A DNA stretch of 64,000 bases from Ancylonema sp. (Eukaryota): contig JBFLGF010000046.1 of assembly GCA_050230475.1 (NCBI GenBank), forward strand, positions 1 through 64,000. The letters are read 5' to 3'. A program made the translations under genes and the position numbers. Every line of letters starts with the position of its first letter. The first letter of the stretch is position 1. Below are positions 51,762 to 64,000 of the stretch, in pieces. Below the pieces are notes generated by a model. The model was not told the DNA's origin, ran no database searches, and saw nothing but the letters and a program-made list of their open reading frames with translations.

Positions 51762-54700
51762 TGTGAGTGCTTTCTTTTGCCATCGATGCAAGAATAAAGC
51801 ACAACTCTCTTAGATCAACTCTTGAATCGACAAATCACGTCGGTACAAGCGTAAACACAACAAAAGTGCAAGCTTGAAGCAAAAAATCTTGTTATAGGAT
51901 ACTGCAAGCAAGGTCAGACCTTGTACGGTCGAGTGTTATCCACGCCCCCTCATAGTCAAAGGATCTCTATTGATTGAACTATCAAGTCAACACCAATCGT
52001 ATTCAAGTATTGTGCCAAGTCACCTATCCTTATCGATACGTTGCCTACTCTTATCGTCACGTCTGCCACGTCTGCCAAGCAACATCACAATCATATCGAC
52101 GGGCAAAACGACAAAATCGACAAAACTAAACTTAAGCTCTGAAATCGATATAAAGAAAAAAGTTCACAGACCCTAAAAACTAACACCCCCTCCTTGGGAA
52201 CTTTTGTTTTCCCCCTCCAAAAACGATAAACACCGATATCGATTTTTCACGAAGACATAAACAAAAAATATAGATGTCTCTCAAACCATCCTACATAATT
52301 GCGTCTTCACTTGCAAAGCTTCAAGAGACCATTTAAACTGGTCGACAACCCACCCATCAATCCAACTCCATGAACGGACTGCTTCCCGAGCTCACAGATT
52401 CCTTGCTTTTGCAAAACTCAGCATCATCGCCAGCGTTAGTGGCATAATAGTCAAGAGTCTGCGGGTCTCCTTCTTGCTTATACTGCCCATTCAAATGGTC
52501 GCTTTCCTTGAGGTATGCCAATAGTCTTGGTGCCCCCTCCCACTGTTGCATCTTGGTATTCTGATTGTAGGAACCCAAAGAGGTGAGAGCTACTGCCAGA
52601 TCTGGGCGACCTCCAAAGAACATAAAAAGCAACCTCCCCGGGGTAGCATTATACTCAACACCTTCAATGCCATCAAGTGCACCATCATGAGCTTCTACCC
52701 TAGCTTTGAACTTTTCAATTTGCCCATCTGCATTAAACATCAATTTGAACACCCACTTGAATTTACCAACTTTCTTATGTGTTGGTATGTCGACAAGCTG
52801 AAAAGTCTATTTTTCTTTCATTTCTGATGCCATTGCTACTTGCCACTCAGAAGTTTCAGGACTGGTGAAAGCCTCATTCACCACCGTCTGTGGAGTTTTT
52901 TGTCTCTGCTCTCCTTTTGACATCATCAGGAACAAACTCTTCAACATCATTCTTTTTGCTTTCAAAATTTGCAGTAAATGGGTCCTTAGTCGTTGGCTCA
53001 TCGATAGATTTTATTGCACGAGTTGCAACAAGATGAATAGAAGAAAGAAGGTTGACACCATCTGCACAACGGCTCTGGATCTTGGTCATCGCCATCACCA
53101 CTGGACTTGCTCACAAGTTCTAGAAGCTCGTCATTCTGAAGAGGACGGGCACCCGGAAGCTGTGGCAAAGGATTTCCCACGGCATCGGGGGTCTCTTCAT
53201 CGACAGAATTCATATTTTTTGTGGCACGTTACCCACTTCCAGAAATGCCCCCCCGATCTGAAAAACGCTTCCTTCTTCTCTCTGGTCAACACCTTCAAAA
53301 CTTTGCCTCATGATAATCAATTTTTATTGCCAATCTTCTTTCTCTTCTTTCTCTTCCACCATCTTGTCTTTCACACACTCATCAAACTCACCGTGTGCAA
53401 GGCTTGTTTGCGAACTTTCGACGTCGACATCTGTAACAATGGCTTCCCAAACAGGGGTGCAAATCACTATTTTCCGACGAGAGGCTGTCTCCTGCGGAGT
53501 GGAAACTTGCTTGCCATTTTTGTTGAGCACTCGAGTTTTGCCACCTGCCTTGCCACTGCACCTATACGACCAGCCTGCTTCTCTTGCCTTCTGTCCAGTG
53601 AACAAATTTGTGCGCATGCCAGGAATGTGTAGACAATTTTTCAGTGTGACGCCACCACATGCTCCGTCCGTGTCTAATTCCATTTTTCCCCACTGCTTCA
53701 CACGCACGCTGCCAACGAGATGATGCAAAGTAATTCCATGAGGGATATCCTCAAGATTTTGGAAAGATTTTTCAGCCCGCTCGAGTGATGGGTGGATCCG
53801 TCATCGAACAAGAATTCATTTGATTGTTCATGATCTGCTGCATGTTCATCGAAGATCTCAGCAATAACAGCTGCCCCATTACCGCAACCTGCATCATGTT
53901 CAATTTCACCGATAAAGGCAAATTTGCGGCCTGTGCGCAACCGTCTTCGCTGCATGCGTGGAGAACATTCTTCTTGTCAAAGCAAGTAAACTCCACATGA
54001 CCGGATGCACCTCAGTATTTGCACTCATCATCTTTCTTTGGACAAGCTTTGTTGAAATGACCTGCGTCTCCACACGTGTAACAAGAAAGTCCTCCACCAG
54101 ATCCATCACCACCATCTCTTCCACCTCTACTTCCACGGCCAGCATTAAAATTTTCTCTACCACCACCTTTGCCCTTTTGATCATCGACACCACCACCTCT
54201 GCTTCGATCTGCAAGATTTTGTCGGGCTATCCATTTCGCATAGTGTGCTTCAGCTACGAGCGCTTCGTCATCTCTCACTACTTGCTCTTTCTTGTCATCG
54301 AGCTCATCGACTCCCATCTGCCCCCACATCCGACTGATTCCAGGTGCCTCTTACTGCCCATAGTACAGCCTCTTCAGCAATCCATACTTGGTTCTTGCCA
54401 TTCCAACGAACAACGTCATGACCTACTCTTCTTCACTGAATTTGGATTTCTCATGGGTACACTCTCTCAGAATCGAAAGGAATTTGTATCTTCTCTTTCT
54501 CACTCTCTCCTCTTTAGGTCACGGACTAAAAGCTTATCATCCATTTGGAAAGAATTCAGCTTCTCTTTTGCAAACCGTCGAAGTTCTAGTGTCACTTTAT
54601 TCCACATTGATTTTGGATCTTTCTCATATTGTTCAAGAATTGTAGCGATGTCTTCACTGACAAGTGACATTAGCAGCATCACTGCCTTCTTTTTCCTTTG

Positions 54701-55276
54701 CGAAAAATCTCGACATCGACAAAGTACTAGTCCATTTCAGCTTCGTTTAACGGACGGTGCTCATCATCATATTTTGCAAACACCTTTTCTTGTTCCATCT
54801 CTATGCCTTTGCAGATCTCAAGGCAGTCAGCATCGTCAAGGATCGTTGAGGCCTTACATCTCCATGCTTGAAAAGGGACTTTCTCTCCACCCAGGATGCA
54901 TTATCTTGCTCTGGTACCAGACGGATCACGTCATTACAAGCGTAAACACAACAAACATGCAAACTTTGAGATGAAAGTATGATTACAGAATAGTGCAAGC
55001 AAGGTTAGACCTTGTACAGTCGAGTGTGATCCATGCCCCCTCCTAGTCAAAGGATCTCTACTGATTGACCTATGAAGCCAACACCAATCGTATTCAAGTA
55101 TTTTGCCAAGTCACCTGTCCTTATCGACACGTTGCCTACTCTTATCGAATCGTCTGCCACGTTTGCCAAGTAACATCACAATCATATCGACGGGCAAAAC
55201 GACAAAATCGACTGAAGTAAACTCAAGCCCTAAAATCGATATAAAGAAAAAAGTGCACAGACCCTAAAAACTAACA
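51762..55276 (-). mobile_element. Copia-like LTR retrotransposon, internally deleted (gag retained, pol fragmentary)
   Basis: TSD TAAGA (51757-51761 and 55277-55281). 3' LTR 51762-52185 with PPT at 52186-52193; 5' LTR 54920-55276; PBS TGGTACCAGAGC. CCHC knuckle CYTCGDAGHFNKAC, protease-like FDDGSTHH, RT remnants IEKFKARV and GRPDLA. Confidence 0.9.
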
Positions 55277-55882
55277 TAAGATTGCAAACCTTGATAAAGC
55301 ACGTATAAATAGTGCTCGGAAGATTATTGATGTACGGATGTCGAGAGACAAGTGTGGCATTTGCAAGATGCGTCCTATCACGGGAAGGAAGAGCAAATTA
55401 CCAATACTCTACATACGAAACCAACATGGAAATTAGGTTGCAACAATCGGGATGTTCTACGTTCCACAAAGTAGAATGTTGTTGTTGAGTTAATTCTCCG
55501 ATATCTTGTTCAGGGTCATTGAATTATATCGGCAATGGAACCATAAAATGGATGGGTTGATAAGTGTGCCTTGGGCGCTCTCTTATGCCCTAGCAAATTT
55601 ACTTAGATGCCTTCAATTGAACGGGGTGTCATTGGGAGGGGAAGATAGGACCAATGAAAAAAAAAATGCAATGAGTGCGGACTTGCTCATGTGAGTCTAA
55701 ATTGTTGACTTAAACTCGCCATTCTCTAGGCGAGTGTCAAGCAAACGTTAGTGGCCATAAAGCCACGGACCTTGAATCGGTTTGGATGTAAGTTCGAACG
55801 TCCCAACGTGATGTCAAATATTTGACGACGGACGGGGCTTCCTTAAAAGATAATGTATTTCGAGAGAGAACGCAAGAGAGAG

Positions 55883-56263
55883 TGTTATGACTCCCTCTAT
55901 TGTCACTAGGGTTCCCCTAGAGTGTGCCCTACCCTTAGCTAGCTCTTAGCTTGTAATCCCGATTGCCTACTTGTTAAGCCCTAATTTGGTTATTACACTT
56001 CATCAACAGTTAGTCCTTCGTTAGGCCCTAACTTACATTTGTCCTTATATCGAATTAGGTCCAGTTTTCCCTTATAGCGAGTTCAGTTCCGACCCTAGTT
56101 TCATAGTAGTATTTAAACCCATCAGGAATGCTCGTTCAGCATCCTGATCAATTCATGTACTCCTTCTTATCATACTTGCACTTTCAACCCTTCTAGTGTG
56201 TATTTGTGTTTGTGAATGAGTGCTTTCCTATAAGCTAGAGCCGCCGCTAATGCGACTCTAACA
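55883..56263. mobile_element. Solo LTR (381 bp)
   Basis: TGTTA...TAACA termini flanked by the 5-bp TSD GAGAG on both sides. Confidence 0.8.
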
Positions 56264-56391
56264 GAGAGGGCCTCAGGGGTGTGGTGCCATGATTTTTGTA
56301 TGTCCAAAAGAAACATGAAGATAATCCTTGCGATCACGTGAATGAAGGAGTTAGTGCATGTAGTTATGGCCGCACTACAAGAGTTTCTTTC

Positions 56392-56700
56392 TAGTTGTGC
56401 ACCGATACGTGATTGCCGCTATCATACATCCGTTTGCATACGTACCATACACGGCGTGTGCCGTATGGAGATTACCATACGGCATATTATCAATTTTTTG
56501 TTGGGGGGGGGGGGGGAGAAAAACCATTGTCTCTCTTTTTTAAAGTTTTCAAAAAAAAAAAATCCACAAGAATTTATATTTTTATGAGAAGTTTTCGCAG
56601 TTTCATTTATCGTATTTTATAACCATCCATTCCAGTGTGAAATTATTTTTAAACATATATTCATATCACATTTTTTCGTACAAAATGAGTACATATGTCG
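56392..56700. mobile_element. Remnant left end of a hAT MITE related to 44576-45312
   Basis: TAGTTGTGCACCGATACGTG...CCGTTTGCATACG...GCCGTATG...CCATACGGC parallels 44578-44655. The right end was not found. Confidence 0.5.
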
Positions 56701-57235
56701 CATTGTTTCTAAATTGCACGAGTCCCTTGATACATCACGTTCTTCTCCATTCCATTCATTTGATCACATACTCGTATGTGTATTGAAAAGGGAATAAGCC
56801 ACTTTTTCTCAACAACAAATACAAAGTACACTTCATTTTTCTTTCCCTCGAATCACATTTGATTCCTTCCAACTTCACAAACGCGTATTACAAGGGGGAT
56901 TTAGCATTTTGTTGAGCTCGCAAGTTCCACCCTAATTGGCATGTATGAAATCAACTTATGGCAACCAATGGTGCATGTATGCATCCCACAAGGCAAACTA
57001 TGAAGAACTTGTACTAGTATGTATGTTAAATGCGAAACGATGTTCAATAAGTTCAATGATAAATCCCTAAAACAGTCAAATTGTACCATGTGAGGCCACC
57101 AAATTGCAAACACGGTCCAGGATAATAAAATAAGGACAAATATATAATTCGTCCAACAAAGCGACATACACCATGTGGATCGTAATCAAGATATATACAT
57201 ACTAGGGATTGGATTACTGTACCTGATCTGGATCT

Positions 57236-60200
57236 CTATAAACACTCACCGTCAATCCATTTGAGTGTTTGCACTACCCTCCCCACCTCTGGCTTATACC
57301 CATCCATATCTACGACCACATTTCCACGCATGTCTAATGACTCCAACTTCAAACCGGCAAGTCCACTCAACATGCCAGCAATCGCAATATGCTTCCCCTC
57401 GTTTCCATTCATAACAATTTTGCTGATCTCTCCACTGCTCTCGTCCACTTTGTCTTCCCTCCGACGTTGACTCCATGATTCGCCATTTGACTTTCCCGAT
57501 GGGAAGGTGTAGCGAAGGGTGTCAACCATGCTTTCTCCAATACGGTTATCGGCTAAATTGAGGTGTTGTAGATGGGGGAGGAGTAGCAGTGGAACCAGCG
57601 CCGTGGTGTGCGTGATACGGTTATCGCTCAAGTCCAGTTGCCGAAGTTGTTGCAAACCCTCCAGACCTGTTTTTTTATTTTTTAAAAAATACAAGTACCC
57701 TCTGTGAGCGAAGACTGCTTGTTGGGTGAAGCCTCCTCCAGAATAATGAAAAGGAAAAGAAGGATACCGTAGAAGCCAAAGATAATGCGCCAGCAAATCG
57801 GAAAATTAATTATTAGAAGTTAATAAACAGTTGCGCCAAACAGTTGCGCCAGCGATTTATTAATTAATTAGTACGCGCTAAAAGTGTGCGCCAGGCAAAT
57901 TTTGAATTAACATTTGTCAACTGCGCCAAATTTGTTCTGGACTGGATTTTTTGTATTGGACTTACTAGACTTTTGTACTGCGCCAAATTTTCGTCGATTC
58001 TATTAATTTATATGCGTAAAAAGTACGCGCCAGCGTGTTCAAAACAATTCATTTAGTACGCGCCAATAACGTGTGCGCCAGGCAAAAAAAAATTGCCGCG
58101 TTATCTCTGGCTGGTACGGTGAAGGATAAAAGAAGGAGCAGAAAGGAAAACAAGCGGCTTGAGAGAATGAAACATGGCTGATATCATATCGTGCTACCGA
58201 ATATATTCCCAGAGATGCCGTCAGAACAAACAGCAGGAGTTTCTTGAGACTCACCTTCAGCTGATCGAAGCTCATTGGCTGAAAGATCCAGATTGTGCAC
58301 CCACAGCAATCTCTGGATTCCCTCCAAGGTCCCTAACTCCATCCCGGTTAACCGCAGCCAGCCGTCTGGGATGGGAGTGGAAGAAGACTGGCGGGTAGCC
58401 TCAGAGGCTGCCACCTGGCGCGTCGAGGTCCACCAGTGCTTGGCAAGAGCATCTTTACTTGAAACAGCCTGCTGACATGGACAAGATTTTGTTGATTCTG
58501 ACGATATTTTGGAATGAGTACACCAGACAGATCGTCTGGCAAGCCACTCATGCCGTGGCCAATCAAGCCAATCATGCCGAACCAGTACTTCGCAAAAAAA
58601 GAGGGAAGACGGTCCCTAGGGGCCTCACATCTCTGCCTGGGAGAGAGCGTACCTTTTCCAGTCGTAACTTGGAGACCTGGTGCATGTAGTACTGGCTGTG
58701 GCCTGAATCATGGGCCGCCAGGTGGCGGTACATCTGGCAGGGCTCGTCTCCCGTCTGACCGCCCCCACACGCTTGTTGAACCACCAGCAGGCGGGCAAGG
58801 GTCAAAGACGTCCACTTGCTGAAAAAAACAAGTTTTAGGGACCAAGATTTTCAGAACTAGTGTGTAGAGAAAAGAATGTCGACTGCCGAAGGATCAAACG
58901 TAGAACATTGCGAAAAATATATATATCAACTCACTGTTTGCATCATACACTGGACATAGAGGTGTTGTTGTGCGATCCAGAAATGCGCTGATCTGATGTC
59001 ATTTCTTGGACGTGAGAGAGAGAGAGAGAGAGACCACTCACTCTCCCGGCTCCATGTCGAGCAGATCTCGACACATGTCCACTTCTTCTGCAATCACTCT
59101 CCTCACCCACGCAGCCCCCTCATCTCCTCCCAATTCACAACCCCTCATTCCCACTTCTTCCAATTGAGCCTCTGCAGGCAACGACTCCTCCCCCCCCAAC
59201 CTCCAACCCTGGTCTGCAGCATCCACCTGGCTGGGCCACGTCACTGAACCCCCCCCCGGGTTCCCAGGTGCACTCGCTAGGGGTTTGATTTCGTGGACGT
59301 AAAATTCGACTTGAGCTGGTTTGATCCCCGGAGACGCCCCAACCGCGATGGTGAAGTGGATATCCGCCCCGCCGCTGACCTCAGCGGAGCTGGTGGTCAC
59401 GTGCCGTATGTCTGCTGCCCATGTTCTGCTGGAGCCGGAGCCTGAGCCCGAGCCTGAGCCCAAGCCACCCACGGGGCGCCAGGTGGCGCTTCCAGAGAGG
59501 CGGATCTCGTGCACATCTCCCTGGCGCAGCTCTGGTCCCCAGGTGATTTCAACACTGTCCTCACTGATTCCCTCCACAGGGTTACTGAAGCTGAGGACTG
59601 CTTGGAGGTCGCCTGTGGTTTCTGTGGGAATCCGGCTCCCAGCAGCTGGCCAGGTGGCGACCAGGTGGGCCTGCTGAGGTGGCACTGTCTGGCCCAGGAG
59701 CCACAGATAGTAGATCCACGCACTCTGAACTTCTGGTCCCGTGTAGAAGGCTTGGCGCACAAGTTGGTACTCTGCCTCCAGCCAGGCTGGGGAGGCTGGG
59801 GAGGCTGGGGAGGCTGGGGAGGCTGGGGAGGCTGGGGAGGAGGAAGGGGTGGCTGGCTTGTTGTGCAGATCTGCCAGAAGGTGACTGGAAGGGGAGGGGG
59901 GGTGAGCTGGCTTGCATGAGGATCTTCAAGGTCTTCAATTGTGGTGATGAGGCCAGCTGAAAGGGCACTGTTTGAACATGATCGCGGGATCCGTACATCC
60001 TATTTCATATATAGATTTCAAGACAATGTCGTATTGGTGGCTGCTTTGGAACAGACATGAACGGACTTGCAAAAGGGAGGTGATAAAAGCACACTTTGCA
60101 AGGAGAGGCTCTATAGCAATACATGCACTCTGTCCCGAAACTGAACATTTTCATGGAGTTGGTCCCCTCCCTCACCCAGCAGCCTGTAGAGGAAATGTAG

Positions 60201-61768
60201 CGAATCACTGATGCTGTTGAAACAGCATAAGTGATTCCAACATGTCTGCTGGACCAAACATTCGACAACAACAACAAGGTGGTAGTTTGGATATGGAAAG
60301 CAGACCTTCTGTTGTGCCACGCAGAGTAATTTTTGAAGTCTTCATTGATTTTGTCCATGGTGTACTGCAGCTCTGTTTCAAGGGAGACGCCAGCCTCTTT
60401 TGCCACGAATCTGCGCGCACCGACGGACATAATTAAACACTGGAGCACTGGAACTTTCCCAAATCAATCACGCTACATCATCCGATCTTAGAGCAAGACA
60501 CGGAGTTGCCACATTGTGACTTTATAGCAAGATAGACTACCTTTCTCAATTCTAGAGATTACTGACGCATTCTCAACAATAGACAGACAAAATGTGGCTA
60601 ACGCTCAACAGAAATGTGGCAGCCTATACCTCCGATAGTCCCATCCATGGACATTCCTTGTGTCTTTGGAGAGGAGCATCTTCAGAAGCTTGAGTTCTCG
60701 TTGCAAGTCGACCAGTTTTTGAGTCACCAACCACTTGCGGTGATACCATGCGGAGTAAGACTTGGGGTTGTACTCCAGAGCAACCTCAGACTGGAAAGAA
60801 GAGGAGAAGATGGAGATGGACATGAACGATTGGACGTCAGGAAGGAGCGTTGGAAGGAGGTGAAAGACATTGTGGGATTCTCTCCATGACAGTGCGCACT
60901 TATCGCCTGCTGAGAGTAGCGTTACACCACATACCACATTTTTGTACTCATCCAAGTGTTGATATAGGATATGCGAGAGAGCAAGAGAGGCAAACACAAA
61001 GAGAGCGAGAGAGCAAGTTTATAGCCAGGAATACATTTGTAGGTCAGTCAGTTGAGCAACTGAAATTGGTGACTTGATTCACACACTAATCCATGATGTC
61101 TTTGCTATTTTCTTCAGATTTGCTCCTACTGGGGGAGGGAGGAGTGGCTGCTATGTTGCTCTCACAATTCTGAGTTCCTCGTGAACAAGCTTCTTCTTGC
61201 CTTCATCGTCGCTAGCCTCAGCCAACTTGAGCTTAAAAGCGCACTTGCGGTAGTTCCAAACGGTGTACACGTCTGGATTCTTGGCCAGCAATTTGGCACT
61301 TAGGTGAATAGCTTCTGGAGTGTAGCTGCCATTGGAATCGCGATACAAACCATCGAATTTCATCAGTGGAGTGGAAATCAAAAGGCCGAGGCGGACAGGC
61401 ATCAATCTCTAACTTGCTTGAAATCTAGAAACGGCGTACACCGTCAATCAATTTTTAGCTCCCTCGGCAGCCTGTGGAATGTAAAAACTGCCAATGTCAT
61501 TCATGAATTTGAAGCATCTACTAAATCTTCAAAAAACAAATCCATCCAAGAAAACATCGTTGCCTGAGTACGTTGTGTGGCTTCAGTAACTGCCACCACT
61601 TTCTGTAACATCCCTGATCCCGCATTACCATTTCTCCCTGTGATTTTGTAATACCGCAGCTTGCAACTTAGCGTATGCTGCGACTTTTTCTCTGTTGGCC
61701 GAATTCTTTTGTGGGTCGGCGTCTCCTACAGTCTCTTCCTGGACACTGACACGCGGCCTCCCATGCAT
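57236..61768 (-). CDS. RGTA: Rab geranylgeranyltransferase (GGTase-II) alpha subunit with PFTA repeats, Ig-like insert and LRRs
   Basis: MHGRPR start. Exons 61768-61629, 61325-61166, 60790-60630, 60410-60306, an unresolved segment, then about 59786-59042, 58818-58653, 58468-58255 and 57666-57236. Motifs NPDVYTVWNYR, NPKSYSAWYHRKW, DTRNVHGWDYRR, NYSAWHNR, QSAWIYYLWLL, LRQLDLSDNRI. Confidence 0.9.
57767..58119. mobile_element. CCGT-terminal MITE in the last RGTA intron
   Basis: TA|CCGTAGAAGCCAAAGATAATGCG ... CGCGTTATCTCTGGCTGGTACGG|TG, with many (T/C)GCGCCA internal repeats. Confidence 0.75.
59784..59837. repeat. (AGGCTGGGG)6 tandem repeat at an RGTA splice acceptor
   Basis: Six 9-bp copies read directly. 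Confidence 0.9.
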
Positions 61769-62078
61769 GTTCTCTTCCTGACCGAATTCACGGATTTTAT
61801 AGAAAGACTAGCTGGTCGAACAGTTGACCAACATAGGCCAGTGTACGATCTCTAGGTCAGCAGACAGCCAACACAATCAAGGTTCTGCAAGCGCCTGTCA
61901 CAGACCTGCAATCTCTTAGCTATAGAAGGGCAAGTTGGAAGCACATTTTGTGGAGGGCTCTCGGAAGACAGCGCCAGACCGCGCACTCGTAGCCTACAAG
62001 TGCGCAGGGATGTTGCCCCCAAGTGGCAGCCCAACTGCGGCGACCCGCTGGCGGTGGGCGCACCTCCATTTTACGAAG

Positions 62079-64000
62079 TAGGGTTGCGCAACCTTCAAAA
62101 CTAAAGCAATTTAAGACCCTTAATTAAGGTTTTTAAGTTAAGGTTTTAAACCCCTTGGATTTTCGGACCCTTCAAATGTGGTCCCTTAAAAACCCTTAAA
62201 AATGCCACGTTACCACTAAGGCTATAGATCGTTTATTTCTCTCGGCTGCCTCGTTCCTTAGCGGCTATCTGTCTGCACATTTGTCAGGCAATGAGTTCTT
62301 AGTGGGTCCTGAGATCATGAAATAGCAGGTGCCGAGTTTGTTTATGCTTTTCAGATGCTTCGTCAAGCTCCTGCCGCATGAAGAGGGGGAAGGTCATCGG
62401 GGCCTATGTGGGAACACTTCACGAAGTTGGAGAAGAAGAACAAAGTTCATTTTTGGGCGTCATGTACCGCATGCATGAAGGCGGGTACGTTGGACGGAGT
62501 TAATATGTCTATTTCCAAACTGGGTTGTCTTCGCCGTCGCTTTATTGTCATCATGTTGACTATCGTCGCCTTCGCAACATGTATTAATTCGAAACCCGGG
62601 AAATGCAGGAGGAGAAACAAGAGTCGGGGGGGGCGATGAGAGCATGAAGGCGCACATTCGAACCTGCTCCAATATTCCATCAAGGCGACCTAGAATCGCA
62701 TGTGTCTGTTACTACTAGATTTTGCCATCTATGGAGATCGATGCAGTAATCACTCACACATGAATCAAGTAACGCACAATAAAGCAAGAACACTTCAACA
62801 CAAGAAATGCTTGAGGGTAGAAACTTTGATTAAAATTGTCTGAGCTCAAAAGCTGCTCTAGCTTGGCAACACATGTCGCTGCCGGCGCCGCACACAAGTG
62901 ATAAGACTAAACCTCAAGTTTATCTACACATCATCAAACATCATCGACACGTCGTCGACACGTGGCTAATAGTGAAAAATCGACACTAGCCGAAACAAGA
63001 AAAACTATCATGAAGTATTTCGCTAAATCGACACTACTCAAAAATCAATATGACAGCAAACATCGACATCGGCAAAAACATAGCTCCTAGTTCAAACTTA
63101 ACACTGTCCCCCTCGGTCGTCGAAGACCAAGAAGGGTTTGATGCTGTTGTGAACGAAATGTTTCATGACCTTGAGTTGGAAGGATTAGAAGAAATAGTTG
63201 TCGAAGCTAGCGTCTAGAATGTTTCACAAGTGATTAGGGAGACGAAGTTGTCAAAAATATTTGGGCCGCCGCTATCAATCTTGAATGACACAAACGCGGA
63301 CACCGTTTACGGACAAGAGTACGTGGGTAAACATGGTTCTATCGTCCTTGAGCCCTAGTTTGTCGTTTAATCGACCTTTCGTAATTCAAGAGTTGTTATT
63401 TAAAAATCCAGAGTCTATCGATTATAGAAAAATGCACTTGTGGGGTCTTTTTGTGCTCTCGAGAACGAGGGTGCATGTGTTTGCAAAATATTTTGTTTGG
63501 TATAACACATTTACAGTCTAAGTTAAACTTCGATTTCATGAGTTTTTTTTCTTGTTTTTATACTCGTCTTAAGAAGATCGAGAGTCATTTCCATTTTAAG
63601 ATGAGATAGAAGTGAGAATTTGTGATGTCCTTTAGTGGTCTACAAACATTATGATGCCTTTTATCACTATTTATCCACAGCGTGGAATTGCTTCAAGACA
63701 TAGTGGTTATGGCTACCAACTGAGTCATCGCTTTCCTTAGACATGTATGTGCATGAGAATAAAAAACATTTATGAAGAGATGACATGATATACATTGACA
63801 AGTCACAATAGTTTACACACATCAATGAGGGTTTGTAGATCAACATATATGATTTTGTGTGAAATATATTTTTTTATTCATAATTGACAATTTTGAAGGT
63901 CGCCAGTGAGTTCGGTGGTTTGATCTGGCTCTGAAAACACCTCTTTGGTGGGTCACTAACAAGTTAAGGTTTTTAATATTTAAAGTTTAAATGGACCGGG
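62079..64000 (+). mobile_element. Degenerate hAT-like element with a BED-finger remnant, running off the window
   Basis: TAGGGTTGC terminus, TAAGGTTTT/AAACCCTTA subterminal repeats (recurring at about 63961), peptide WEHFTKLEKKNKVHFWASCTAC at 62406. Confidence 0.55.
62701..63114 (-). mobile_element. Copia-like 3' LTR plus PPT nested in the hAT remnant
   Basis: TG...TTAACA (62701-63103) followed by CTGTCCCCCTC (reverse-strand PPT). Shares TTTTGCCATC and AAATCGACA motifs with the LTRs at 39693 and 51762. Confidence 0.55.

Noticed and set aside
52865..54974. 255-aa and 338-aa plus-strand ORFs
   Set aside because: They are antisense shadows of the minus-strand retrotransposon gag/pol.

Overview
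Eukaryotic, intron-rich, transposon-laden DNA. The gene set and plant-type protein motifs suggest a streptophyte, probably a charophyte alga or early-diverging plant (inference). I reconstructed eight spliced genes by hand from GT-AG junctions and reading phase: the 3' part of a golgin-84/GC2, an HVA22/REEP-like gene, a 14-exon 863-aa gene, a two-exon orphan small secreted protein, a head-to-head NUDCD2-like/TMEM128-like pair, a clade-E-like PP2C and a Rab geranylgeranyltransferase alpha subunit. The headline finding is the 863-aa gene: it fuses methylthioribose-1-phosphate isomerase (MtnA/MTI) in frame to methylthioribose kinase (MtnK/MTK), two consecutive methionine-salvage enzymes. The intergenic and intronic space holds Copia LTR elements (one gag-less, one pol-deleted), a solo LTR, hAT-type and Tc1/mariner-type non-autonomous elements with nesting up to three levels, a truncated RLE-type LINE, two long hairpins and microsatellites. 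I found no rRNA, tRNA or CRISPR. All family assignments rest on motif recall, not database searches.
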